Shown here piece after piece: positions 49,831 to 58,513 of a stretch of 64,000 bases of DNA. Numbering within the stretch: position 1 is the first letter of the stretch; each line of letters opens with the position of its first letter. The notes below the pieces were generated by a model that saw only the letters and a list, made by a program, of their open reading frames with translations, had not been told where the DNA came from and searched no databases. Where the stretch lies: NCBI GenBank assembly GCA_027406905.1, contig DAHZHT010000007.1:1024-65023 (forward strand). Reading direction: 5' to 3'. Both the position numbers and the translations under genes were made by a program. This DNA comes from Elusimicrobiota bacterium. GTDB taxonomy: Bacteria > Elusimicrobiota > Elusimicrobia > UBA1565 > UBA9628.

Positions 49831-50921
49831 CAGCTTTCCAAAACCCATACCGAATGAGATTGCCCGCAAAGCCCATATTGCCCATGGGCCACGGCGCGTC
49901 TGGCATTTGAAATTTGATTTGAAGCCTGGCCGCGAAGCTGCAAAGACGCCTCGATAATCCGAACCAGGCCGGAGACAATCCAGGCATGGGCCGACAGACA
50001 TCCGCCGGAAAGATTGACTCGACTTAAATTGCGGTAATTGAGTTCTTCAAGCCACAAAAGTTCCTGATAGGAAAATTGCTCGGAAAGTTCCACCAAGTCA
50101 ACCTGGGCCGTTGGATTATCAATTCCGGCCATTTGATAGGCCTGATGAGCCGCCAGCCTTAAGGCTTTGGATTCGGCAAGGTTTCGTTCTCCCAAGGGAG
50201 CGTCGGCGCAAAGACCTACCCCCCGGACCCAAATTGGGCGCTCGCTCTTTTTTTGAGCGAAGCTTTTACTCGCGAGAATAATCGCGGCGGCCCCGTCGGA
50301 AGAAGGACAAACATCGGTCTCTTTAAGCGGAGAGGCTAAAAGCGGGGAACGCAAAGCTTCGTCAATCGTCAAGGGTTTTCTAAGATGAGCCTTGGGATTT
50401 TTGGCTCCATTGGCCCGGTTTTTGACGATGACATTTCCGCACTCGATATTGCCGATATTTTTTTCTCTTAAAAAAACCCGCGCCTGGAGAGCGGCTGAGG
50501 ACACCCAATCAAGCCCCAAAAGCCTCTCGGTCAAGGGATCGAAAAAAGCGTTGGTCAACAGCCTCAGATCGCCTTCCGAGGATTTGGAATGGGCGACGAC
50601 CAAGGTGGTATCGTAGTTTCCCGACAAAATGCGGCTAAGCCCGTAAAACGCGGCAAAGGTTCCGTCGCCTTCGACGGTTGAAATACTTTTTCCGCCGCCA
50701 AAAGCCGCGCCGCAGGCGTCCCCGACGGCCATGCTGGAAATAGTTCTCCCATCGAAAAAATCGTTGGAAGCGGTGACGATATTGTCGATATTGGCGATCG
50801 AAAGCCTCGCATCCGACAAGGCCGCCGCCGTCGCCTCATAAACCAAGTCGGCATAGGTTTGATCTTTCCGATTGGGGCTAAACGCGGTTTGACCGACGCC
50901 GATAATCGCGACCGATTCCAT
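49830..50921 (-). CDS. Thiolase-fold protein (second, divergent subunit)
   Basis: 363 aa: MESVAIIGVGQTAFS......VNLSGGCLSAHAWIVSGL.... Confidence 0.65.
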   Translation of the reverse strand: MESVAIIGVGQTAFSPNRKDQTYADLVYEATAAALSDARLSIANIDNIVTASNDFFDGRTISSMAVGDACGAAFGGGKSISTVEGDGTFAAFYGLSRILSGNYDTTLVVAHSKSSEGDLRLLTNAFFDPLTERLLGLDWVSSAALQARVFLREKNIGNIECGNVIVKNRANGAKNPKAHLRKPLTIDEALRSPLLASPLKETDVCPSSDGAAAIILASKSFAQKKSERPIWVRGVGLCADAPLGERNLAESKALRLAAHQAYQMAGIDNPTAQVDLVELSEQFSYQELLWLEELNYRNLSRVNLSGGCLSAHAWIVSGLVRIIEASLQLRGQASNQISNARRAVAHGQYGLCGQSHSVWVLES

Positions 50922-51362
50922 TTAACTGATCACCTTAAAATAAGCGATATCTAAAATCGATCCAGTTCTTTTCTCGGCAAACACGGGAAGGACCTTGACC
51001 CCGATTTTAAGGCTTTGCAAATTAGTCTCCCCCAGCATATGGAGAAAAGAAGTATCGGCGCCCTCCAAGCGGATAAGACCAAAAAGGGGTTTCAAAACGC
51101 GATGAGCCGGACTTGGATAAGAAGCCTGAGAAAAACTAACCAAGGTCCCGGACGGCCCGACCTCCAACCATTCCGAACATTCGACAAAGCAAGTTCCGCA
51201 AGTTTTTTTCGGAGGGACGTAGACTTTCCGGCATTTAAGACAACGGCTTCCCAAAATTTTTTGCTCGTCGCGCAAGGCTTTAAAGAAACGGCTCAAGGCT
51301 TCTCCCGCCGACCAAGTATAGGGAACCTTAATTCGACTGGGATGAGTCAGGATTTCGTTCAT
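50922..51362 (-). CDS. DUF35 OB-fold/zinc-ribbon protein (second copy)
   Basis: 146 aa with CLKCRKVYVPPKKTCGTC. Confidence 0.7.
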   Translation of the reverse strand: MNEILTHPSRIKVPYTWSAGEALSRFFKALRDEQKILGSRCLKCRKVYVPPKKTCGTCFVECSEWLEVGPSGTLVSFSQASYPSPAHRVLKPLFGLIRLEGADTSFLHMLGETNLQSLKIGVKVLPVFAEKRTGSILDIAYFKVIS

Positions 51363-51366
51363 ATCA

Positions 51367-52521
51367 TTACCTGAGGCGCGCCTCTTTAAGAATTTCCCGC
51401 GCGATAATCAATTGTTGAATCTGCGAAGTTCCGCCGCCGATTCCAATGAGAACCGCGTCGCGCAAATAGCGCTCGACCGGAAATTCCTTGGTAAAGCCGT
51501 AACCGCCTAATATCTGGACCGCCGCTTGAGTCGCCCGCGAAACCATCTGCGCTCCGAAAAGTTTAGCAAAAGAAGCGTATTTAGAAACCTCAAGCCCTTG
51601 ATCCAATCTCCAGGCGGACTGATAGGTCAAAAGGCGGGCAGCCTCGATTTCAGTCGCCGTCTGAGCCAGCATCTCTTGAATCATTTCAAAACCGGAAATT
51701 GATTGCCCAAATTGCCGCCGCGCCAGGGCATAGCGGGAAGCGTAATCAAAGGCCGCCTGGGCGATTCCAACCGGCATTCCGGAAAAAACGGCGCGCTCCA
51801 TATCAAGGCCGTTCAACATATAAGAGAGGCCTTTACCCTCTTCTCCCGCCAAATTTTCCTTGGGCGCCCGGCAATCTTGAAACACCAATTCCGACAGAGG
51901 AGAACCCCGCGTCCCCAATTTGGGTATGTCTTTTGAGACTGAAAACCCCGGGAAACCCTTTTCGATGATAAAAGCGCTCAGGCGAGTTTTTCCGCTCCCG
52001 CGGCGGACCCGCGCTAAAAGAAAAATCACGTCCGCGACAGAGCCGTTGGTGATAAAAATTTTGGTCCCATTGAGGATATACTCATTTCCCTTAAGGACCG
52101 CCGTCGTTTGAAGCGAAGCGGCATCGGAACCGGAACCGGGCTCGGTTAAGGCAAAAGCCCCAATCCATTCTCCGGAGCATAGTTTCGGCAGATATTTTTT
52201 TCTCTGCTCGTCGCTTGAGGCAGAATAGAGATTATGCGCGCAAAGAAAAGAATGCGCGCCATATGAGAGAGTGAGGCCGGCCGAAGCGTAGGACAATTCC
52301 TCCATCACAATCGCCGAAGACAAAAAACCCGCTTCCATCCCGCCGTATTCTTTGGGAATCGCGACTCCTAAAAGGCCAAGGCGGCCCATTTCCAGCCACA
52401 AATCCTTGGGAACCACTTTAGATTCTTCAATCTCGGAGGCCCGCGGCAGGACGGTCTTCCGCGCGAAATCGCGAGCGGTTTCTTGAACCAGCTTTTGTTC
52501 TTCGCTTAGATTTAAATCCAC
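51367..52521 (-). CDS. Acyl-CoA dehydrogenase
   Basis: 384 aa with ...GAFALTEPGSGSDAAS... and ...IGGGTSQIQQLIIAREI... (ACAD N/M/C layout). Confidence 0.85.
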   Translation of the reverse strand: MDLNLSEEQKLVQETARDFARKTVLPRASEIEESKVVPKDLWLEMGRLGLLGVAIPKEYGGMEAGFLSSAIVMEELSYASAGLTLSYGAHSFLCAHNLYSASSDEQRKKYLPKLCSGEWIGAFALTEPGSGSDAASLQTTAVLKGNEYILNGTKIFITNGSVADVIFLLARVRRGSGKTRLSAFIIEKGFPGFSVSKDIPKLGTRGSPLSELVFQDCRAPKENLAGEEGKGLSYMLNGLDMERAVFSGMPVGIAQAAFDYASRYALARRQFGQSISGFEMIQEMLAQTATEIEAARLLTYQSAWRLDQGLEVSKYASFAKLFGAQMVSRATQAAVQILGGYGFTKEFPVERYLRDAVLIGIGGGTSQIQQLIIAREILKEARLR

Positions 52522-52546
52522 AACTCCCCCTCACTCATTGTAGTAT

Positions 52547-54187
52547 ATGTCTATGAAAGGCGCGCAATATCCGCTTAACGCCCTGGCGATTTTTTTAACC
52601 GCCTTTGCGGCGTATCTCTATTGCGCCTATCCGGCCATCGCCCCTAGAGACGGTTGCGATCTTCTTAAAAGCGCTTTGACCCTCTATCCAGCCCACCCGC
52701 CAGGATACCCTCTCTACGCGCTGACAGGACATCTTTTCTCGTTGATTTTCCCTTTTGGCAATTTCGCCTATAGGCTCAATATCCTCTCCGCGCTTTGGGG
52801 CGCGGGATCTGGAGCATTATTTTATCTTTGGGCGCGCTTAAGCATTGACGATCTCGCCGCCGCCTTGATCAGTCTCGCCTTTATTTTTAGCCGCTCTTTA
52901 TGGAAATTTAGTTTATTGCCCGAGATGTATTCCGCCCAAGCCTTTTTCCTGGCCCTACTTCTTTATTTGTCGCGGGGAACCTCCCAAAACAACCCCCAAC
53001 GCCTCCTTTTTTCGGCTCTGATTGCGGGAATTGGAATCGTCAACCATCAAAGCCTTCTCTTCTCCCTGCCTGCCTTCGCTTATCTGTGGCTCAAAAACCC
53101 TCTCCCGACGGAAAACCAAAGCCGAGTTTTCAGATGGGCCGGAATTTTCTTTTTCCTTGGGCTAAGCCTCTATCTTTATATGCCTATCGAACTCAAATCA
53201 GTCTCCATCGCCCTCAACGCGATTTTGCGCGAGCAATATGGAACTCTTGAGCTTTTCTCGGGTCTATCCCGCCCCTTAAGCCTTCATTTAATTTTTGAGC
53301 AAGCCCTTTATTTCGCAAAAGAGATTTGGATTTCTTCTTCCCCCGCTTTATTTTTAGCGTCCCTCTTTGGCTATTGGCTTTTCAGGAAAAAAGATAAAAA
53401 TCTAGCCAACGCATTACTCATCGGGTTTCTTGTTTCCGGACCCGGTTTTATGTTTTTATCGCGGATGAATGTCTCCAACTGGATTGCCCAAAGCGCTTTG
53501 GAACCGATTTTTATACCGGCAACTTTTTTTCTCTGCGCCCTTGCGGCCTTGGGACTTTCTTTAATTTCTTCAAAGCCTCTGCGTGTTTTTTTCTCCCTCA
53601 TCATGGCCTTCTGGGCTTTTAAAGCCCACTTTCCGCGTCTGTCCCATCGCGATGATTTCTCAGCTGAAGATTATATCGAGAATTTATTTCGGCTTTTGCC
53701 GCCTCAAAGCAGGGTATTGGCCCGCGGAGATACCGCCGTCTTCGGACTTAAATACGAAGAAGCCTTGGACCCCGTTCTTTCCTCGCGCCTCGTCCATAGC
53801 GATGTCGATCTTAGTCCCGCCAGATGGCTTTCTCGCGCCGCTCAAGACCATCCCGCTTTTATGTTGGGAATTTCCCTACCCGAACTTGCCTCCCTAAAAA
53901 TTCCCGATGACGCCGATTCTATTCTCCCCTACGCCCTGGTTCAGAAGCTTAGCGCAAGCCCTGGAACGCCAATTCCAGAAAAAGATTTGTGGTCATTAAT
54001 CGCTTTAAGACCGCAAGCCCAACTGGAATATTCCCACAGTTACGACCATGATATCCGGAAATCATTTGCCTTCGCCCATTATCAAGACTCTATTTTAGAC
54101 GCGCAAAAAGATCCCGAAATGTCTGATTGGAACGCGCGCTGGGCGGCGGTTTTAGACCCGGAAGATTATCATTTAGTTCTGAAATAA
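52547..54187 (+). CDS. DUF2723/TMEM260-like polytopic membrane protein (GT-C-type protein O-glycosyl/mannosyltransferase-like)
   Basis: 546 aa: ...AYPAIAPRDGCDLLKSALTLYPAHPPGYPLY.... About 10 helices, then a soluble C-terminal region. Confidence 0.55.
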   Translation: MSMKGAQYPLNALAIFLTAFAAYLYCAYPAIAPRDGCDLLKSALTLYPAHPPGYPLYALTGHLFSLIFPFGNFAYRLNILSALWGAGSGALFYLWARLSIDDLAAALISLAFIFSRSLWKFSLLPEMYSAQAFFLALLLYLSRGTSQNNPQRLLFSALIAGIGIVNHQSLLFSLPAFAYLWLKNPLPTENQSRVFRWAGIFFFLGLSLYLYMPIELKSVSIALNAILREQYGTLELFSGLSRPLSLHLIFEQALYFAKEIWISSSPALFLASLFGYWLFRKKDKNLANALLIGFLVSGPGFMFLSRMNVSNWIAQSALEPIFIPATFFLCALAALGLSLISSKPLRVFFSLIMAFWAFKAHFPRLSHRDDFSAEDYIENLFRLLPPQSRVLARGDTAVFGLKYEEALDPVLSSRLVHSDVDLSPARWLSRAAQDHPAFMLGISLPELASLKIPDDADSILPYALVQKLSASPGTPIPEKDLWSLIALRPQAQLEYSHSYDHDIRKSFAFAHYQDSILDAQKDPEMSDWNARWAAVLDPEDYHLVLK

Positions 54188-54220
54188 TATCCTAATACTT
54201 TTCAGCCATATTCCTAAGGC

Positions 54221-55594
54221 ATGAAGCGAAAAAATTTAAATCTCTTGTGGGGGTTTCTTGTCTTTTTCTTATCCGCCACTCCCTCTCAAGCCGCCTTTGA
54301 AGACGTCTTTTTCGACGCCCGCTCAGCCGCGATGGGGGGCGCCATGACCGCCATTCCTAACGACCAGGCGGCCCTTTTCTACAACCCAGCCGCGTTGGGA
54401 CAAACCCGCATTCCTGAAATTGAGGCCAGCGATCTAGGTCTTAAAAACGCGCCCTCCGGCGCGGCGGGCCAACAAATTGGAGACGCCTCCGCCATTTTAC
54501 CGGCGCCCGAAGGGCTGGACGGGGCTTTTGGCTTTGCCGGTCTTTACGATCAAAACTCGTCTATTCCGGAAGCCAACCGTGAAATTAAAATGGGATACGG
54601 AAGCCGCGGGCTTTTTGAAACCGGACGCGGAACCCTGGATTTAGGCGGATCCTTGGACTATTTAAACGGCAGCGTCGAAGGCGGCTCTCCTATTGGGCGC
54701 GCCGCCATTGATTTCGGAGCCCTCTACAAATGGGGAGACCGCTATTCTTTTGGATTTTCCGCGCTCAATCTTGGAGAACCGCGCTTTTCCGCTCCGCAAG
54801 GTTTAATCGACATGGCGCCGACGACTCTGAGGGCCGGCTTTTCGGAATCTTTGTCCGGATATACCGTTGACGTAGACGCCGTTCATCAAAACGCGACAGC
54901 TTTTATTCCTTCTCTCAATTACGCCGCTCTCGGAATGGAGCGCTGGTTTCCCACCGCCGAACACGGCTCCATCGCCGCGCGGGCCGGGCTCAACATGGGA
55001 AATCTGGATAAAAGTTTCAGCGCCGGAATCGGTTGGCGAATCATGGGCGCGGAAGTCGATTATGCTCTTCTTCTTCCGCTTTCGGGGGCGACGGGGACCA
55101 GCGAGGCGATTTCTCTAAGCTTCCGCTTTGGCGCTTCCGACCCTCAAGCGGAATTTGAGCGCATACTCAAAGAAGAAATCGCCTATCGCAAAAAACTTTC
55201 GACCGCTCTTCAAAGCGGCCAAATCCATCAGTGGCAATTAGAAGATGAACTCAAAAACCTAAAACAAGAGATGGACGGCCTTAAATCACAATTGGCGGAT
55301 AAAACTCTATCCGAAAAAGAAGCTAAAACCAAGCTTGAATCTCTCCAGGAGCGTCTCCGGGAAGAGGCTAGAAAGGCGGAACTCATCAAGGAAGCTCGCG
55401 CCCGCGCGGCCAAGATGAGCGAACAGGATAAATTTACGAGAGATTGGAACGCTTATGAAAAACTTAAACTGAGCGGAGCGCCCAATGCGCTCCTGATCCA
55501 TAATGTCAAGGAAATTCTGCGCGCTTATAAAAATAAGCCCGTGGATTTAGCCCCAGCCAACCGGGAGTTGTTGCGCCTTATCAACGAAAAATAA
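54221..55594 (+). CDS. PorV/PorQ-like beta-barrel domain fused to a C-terminal coiled coil
   Basis: 457 aa with a signal peptide. ARSAAMGGAMTAIPNDQAALFYNPAAL parallels the PorV-like motif in 57357..58496. The last ~150 aa are heptad-rich (LEDELKNLKQEMDGLKSQLADK...). Confidence 0.55.
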   Translation: MKRKNLNLLWGFLVFFLSATPSQAAFEDVFFDARSAAMGGAMTAIPNDQAALFYNPAALGQTRIPEIEASDLGLKNAPSGAAGQQIGDASAILPAPEGLDGAFGFAGLYDQNSSIPEANREIKMGYGSRGLFETGRGTLDLGGSLDYLNGSVEGGSPIGRAAIDFGALYKWGDRYSFGFSALNLGEPRFSAPQGLIDMAPTTLRAGFSESLSGYTVDVDAVHQNATAFIPSLNYAALGMERWFPTAEHGSIAARAGLNMGNLDKSFSAGIGWRIMGAEVDYALLLPLSGATGTSEAISLSFRFGASDPQAEFERILKEEIAYRKKLSTALQSGQIHQWQLEDELKNLKQEMDGLKSQLADKTLSEKEAKTKLESLQERLREEARKAELIKEARARAAKMSEQDKFTRDWNAYEKLKLSGAPNALLIHNVKEILRAYKNKPVDLAPANRELLRLINEK

Positions 55595-55595
55595 A

Positions 55596-55619
55596 GGAGG
55601 CCGCTTGAAAGCGGCCTCC
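55596..55619 (-). terminator. Intrinsic terminator for the SWIB gene
   Basis: GGAGGCCGC-ttgaaa-GCGGCCTCC is a perfect 9-bp GC-rich stem. On the minus strand it is followed by TTTATTTTT. Confidence 0.7.
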
Positions 55620-55638
55620 CAACACGCTTAACTTCGTC

Positions 55639-55896
55639 TTAACTTAAATGTTTGCTGACGAGTTTGGTCATCTCAAACATATTGACGGAAGATTTGCCGC
55701 CGAAGACGGCTTTGAGCTTATCGTCCGCGTTAATCTGACGCCTGTTTTTCTTGTCCTGCAGGTCTTGCTTTTTGATATACGCCCACAATTTCTTAACCAC
55801 TTCAGTCCGGGGAAGGGCCTTGGATCCGACAATTTGGGCCAATTCAGAACTCGGGGTCAATTCTTTCATGAAGGCGGCATTCGCTTTTTTAGCCAT
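55639..55896 (-). CDS. SWIB/MDM2-domain protein
   Basis: 85 aa from ATG 55896, preceded by AAGGAGAA: MAKKANAAFMKELTPSSELAQIVGSKALPRTEVVKKLWAYIKKQDLQDKKNRRQINADDKLKAVFG. The track ORF extends to 56022. Confidence 0.75.
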   Translation of the reverse strand: MAKKANAAFMKELTPSSELAQIVGSKALPRTEVVKKLWAYIKKQDLQDKKNRRQINADDKLKAVFGGKSSVNMFEMTKLVSKHLS

Positions 55897-56056
55897 AGTT
55901 TTCTCCTTGCTGCTTGATGATTCAAATAAGTCCAGAGCCTTATTGTGTATGTTTTCTCGCCCCGCGTCAAGTCCCCGCCCAACAATTTGACATCGGCAAT
56001 TGATATATGCCAGCCTTGACAAAGAAGTCCTTTAGGGACTCCAAGGAGACAGACCC

Positions 56057-57346
56057 ATGCTAAAAAAGACAGTTTATAGCCTTCTCGCAATCCTTTTAGG
56101 AATCTCGCTTCAAAGTAAGTCGGGGTTTGCTCAATCAACTCCATCCGGATACACGCGAATAATTCTCACCTTCCGCAAAAACGCGACGCCAGAGGAAAAA
56201 CAAAAAATTGTTTCCTCTATTAAAGGCGCGATTCCCGTTCAAGACCTCCCGGGGTTTAATATCGCGATTATCGAAGTCCCCAAAGCGCGAACACTGTCTA
56301 TTATGGCGGAAAGCAAAAATTCTCCCGCTTTGCGCGCGGCGGAAAAAGATTTTCGCATTAATTGGATTAAAGACGTCGATGAAAACCCTTCTTTATCGGC
56401 CTCTTTTCAACAAGCTCGGGAATTGACCCAAAACGCCCGTTTTCACTGGCCCTGGGGCCAACACCAGCCTTCGACTCCCGGAATTCATTGGAACCTTCGC
56501 CGCCTCAAAGCCCCTCAAGCCTGGGTCAAAACCCAAGGAAACGGCGTCAAGGTCGCCATCATTGACACCGGAGTCGATTGTTCCCATCCCGATCTCAAGT
56601 GTAATTTATCGGACGGCGTCAACATGACCAACGCGAGCGCTCCGCCGATGGATGACAACGGGCATGGCACCCACGTGGCTGGAATTATCGCGGGGCAAGG
56701 AAAAGACGGCGGGGTATTTGGAGTCGCTCCCCAAGTCACTCTTATTCCGGTCAAAGTGCTCAAAGCCGACGGATCCGGAAATCTCTCGGATGTGGTCAGC
56801 GGGATTTACTGGGCCATGACTCACGGAGCCAAGGTCATCAACATGTCTCTCGGATCTCCAGACTCCGCCACTGCTCTCGAACAAGCCGTCCACAAAGCCT
56901 ATCAAGCCGGAGTCGTCATCATCGCCGCCGCCGGAAATGACGGAGAAAAAGCCTCTCGAAACGGCGGAACCAGCACCGTGGATTATCCCGGCGCCTATCC
57001 TTGGGCCATCGCTGTCGCGGCCTCGGATCGAAAAGATCGCATCGCGCCTTTTTCCAGTTTCGGCCCCGCAGTCGACATCACCGCTCCAGGAGACAATATT
57101 TTATCCACCGTTCCCAGCGGCTATGAGAAAATGTCGGGAACTTCAATGGCCAGCCCCCATATCGCCGGAGTCGCGGCCTTGGCAATCGCCTCTGGCATTT
57201 CAGGCCCCGAATCGGTAAAAGGAGCCCTTGATTCGTCTTCTTCGCTTTTATGTCCCAAGGTAATTTTTAGGGGTCGAGAATGCGCGCCCACAACTGATGA
57301 AGGCCACGGAATCCCCAACGCCGGAAAGATAGTCGCGCTTAGATAG
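56057..57346 (+). CDS. Subtilisin-family serine protease (S8) with N-terminal propeptide
   Basis: 429 aa with a signal peptide and catalytic triad motifs IIDTGVD, HGTHVAG and GTSMASPH. Confidence 0.85.
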   Translation: MLKKTVYSLLAILLGISLQSKSGFAQSTPSGYTRIILTFRKNATPEEKQKIVSSIKGAIPVQDLPGFNIAIIEVPKARTLSIMAESKNSPALRAAEKDFRINWIKDVDENPSLSASFQQARELTQNARFHWPWGQHQPSTPGIHWNLRRLKAPQAWVKTQGNGVKVAIIDTGVDCSHPDLKCNLSDGVNMTNASAPPMDDNGHGTHVAGIIAGQGKDGGVFGVAPQVTLIPVKVLKADGSGNLSDVVSGIYWAMTHGAKVINMSLGSPDSATALEQAVHKAYQAGVVIIAAAGNDGEKASRNGGTSTVDYPGAYPWAIAVAASDRKDRIAPFSSFGPAVDITAPGDNILSTVPSGYEKMSGTSMASPHIAGVAALAIASGISGPESVKGALDSSSSLLCPKVIFRGRECAPTTDEGHGIPNAGKIVALR

Positions 57347-57356
57347 ACCGCCCAAC

Positions 57357-58496
57357 TCAGTAAATCATCCAACCCGGAAGAACATTCGGTTTGGGATTTT
57401 GAGGCGCACCTGCGGGATTAGTGATAATAGGCTGTTCCTCTAAATTTTTGAGCGGAGACACATTTCCGCCAGCGCCTTCCCGAAATTTCTTTTTATGTCC
57501 CTCTCCCGGGCGAATTTCTCCGCCAAAACGGTAACTGAGAGTTACGCGCTGAAGATCGTTAAATCCATTAGTCGCCAAGGCCCAGGCATAGTCAAGATAA
57601 ATGCGCGATTTCCAATGAAGGCCAAACCCGGCCGTAATTCCCATGGAAGTTTGAATGAATTGATAGCCCGCCCTAAAGGCGACAATATCCATCAAATCAT
57701 ATTCCGCCCCCGCATCCACGTTATACATTCTCTCTTGGGCGATATAAATGGAATCCATCGACAAAGTATAACTGTCGCCATTAGGAACATTTCCTTGGTA
57801 GGCAAGCCCCGCGCGTAGAATAGTCGGGATAGGGTCGGAATAACCGCCATAATTAAGGCTCCCGCCGACATTATTGGCGGAAAGGCCCACGGAGACCCCT
57901 TCGTCGGGAATATCGGCCAAATAGCCAATAGACCCGGAAAAAGTCTGGGCGGAATAGGCTTGGACCAGACTTGAGTGAATATATTCGCCTTCCACTCCAA
58001 GGAATTGATTCACCCGGTGCTCATAATCTCCCAAATCTAATGAACTCTTGGCCAAACGTTCGGAATAGCCGACTCGGGCTACGATATCGGAACCGGCGTT
58101 TAAGGATTGAGCGGATTGAAACGAGCCATCGGGATTGGTGTTGTTGATATCGATGATTCCATTTTGGGAAACGACCAAGCTCGCGCCGATACTCGCGTCT
58201 CCATTTCCAAAAATGCCTTTAAAAGCGATCGGGGCCGCATAATCAAAATCTTCGTAACTGTTATCCACCAAGCCGCCCATAAAGGTCGCGTCCACTTCCT
58301 GGCTGTTCAAACGGCTAAGACCCGCCGGATTATAATAGAGAGCGGAAGCGTCGTTAGAAATGGCGGTAAAAGCGCCGCCCATTCCAAGAGCGCGACTTCC
58401 AAGAGGAACTTGTAAAACAGGCGCGGCCGTCACCCCGGGCCCAGATTGGGCCTGGGCGAAAGAAGCAAAACCGAGAAGCAGCCCAAGAAGAATCAT
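57357..58496 (-). CDS. porV: PorV/PorQ-family outer-membrane beta-barrel protein
   Basis: 379 aa with a signal peptide: ...APVLQVPLGSRALGMGGAFTAISNDASALYYNPAGLS.... It is adjacent to a CTD-bearing cargo protein. Confidence 0.65.
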   Translation of the reverse strand: MILLGLLLGFASFAQAQSGPGVTAAPVLQVPLGSRALGMGGAFTAISNDASALYYNPAGLSRLNSQEVDATFMGGLVDNSYEDFDYAAPIAFKGIFGNGDASIGASLVVSQNGIIDINNTNPDGSFQSAQSLNAGSDIVARVGYSERLAKSSLDLGDYEHRVNQFLGVEGEYIHSSLVQAYSAQTFSGSIGYLADIPDEGVSVGLSANNVGGSLNYGGYSDPIPTILRAGLAYQGNVPNGDSYTLSMDSIYIAQERMYNVDAGAEYDLMDIVAFRAGYQFIQTSMGITAGFGLHWKSRIYLDYAWALATNGFNDLQRVTLSYRFGGEIRPGEGHKKKFREGAGGNVSPLKNLEEQPIITNPAGAPQNPKPNVLPGWMIY

Positions 58497-58513
58497 CAGT
58501 ATCTCTTAACGCT

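Noticed and set aside
14924-56022. N-terminal extensions of track ORFs (14924 for the wzx-like gene, 19729 for GT4, 23867 for GT2, 25787 for the prt-like gene, 11033 for hepT, 32633 for MNT, 41237, 50001 for the thiolase, 56022 for SWIB)
   Set aside because: The extensions run through the neighbouring gene, a repeat or a remnant. Internal starts that overlap the upstream stop (ATGA/GTGA) or follow an SD or -10 box give proteins with family-typical N-termini.
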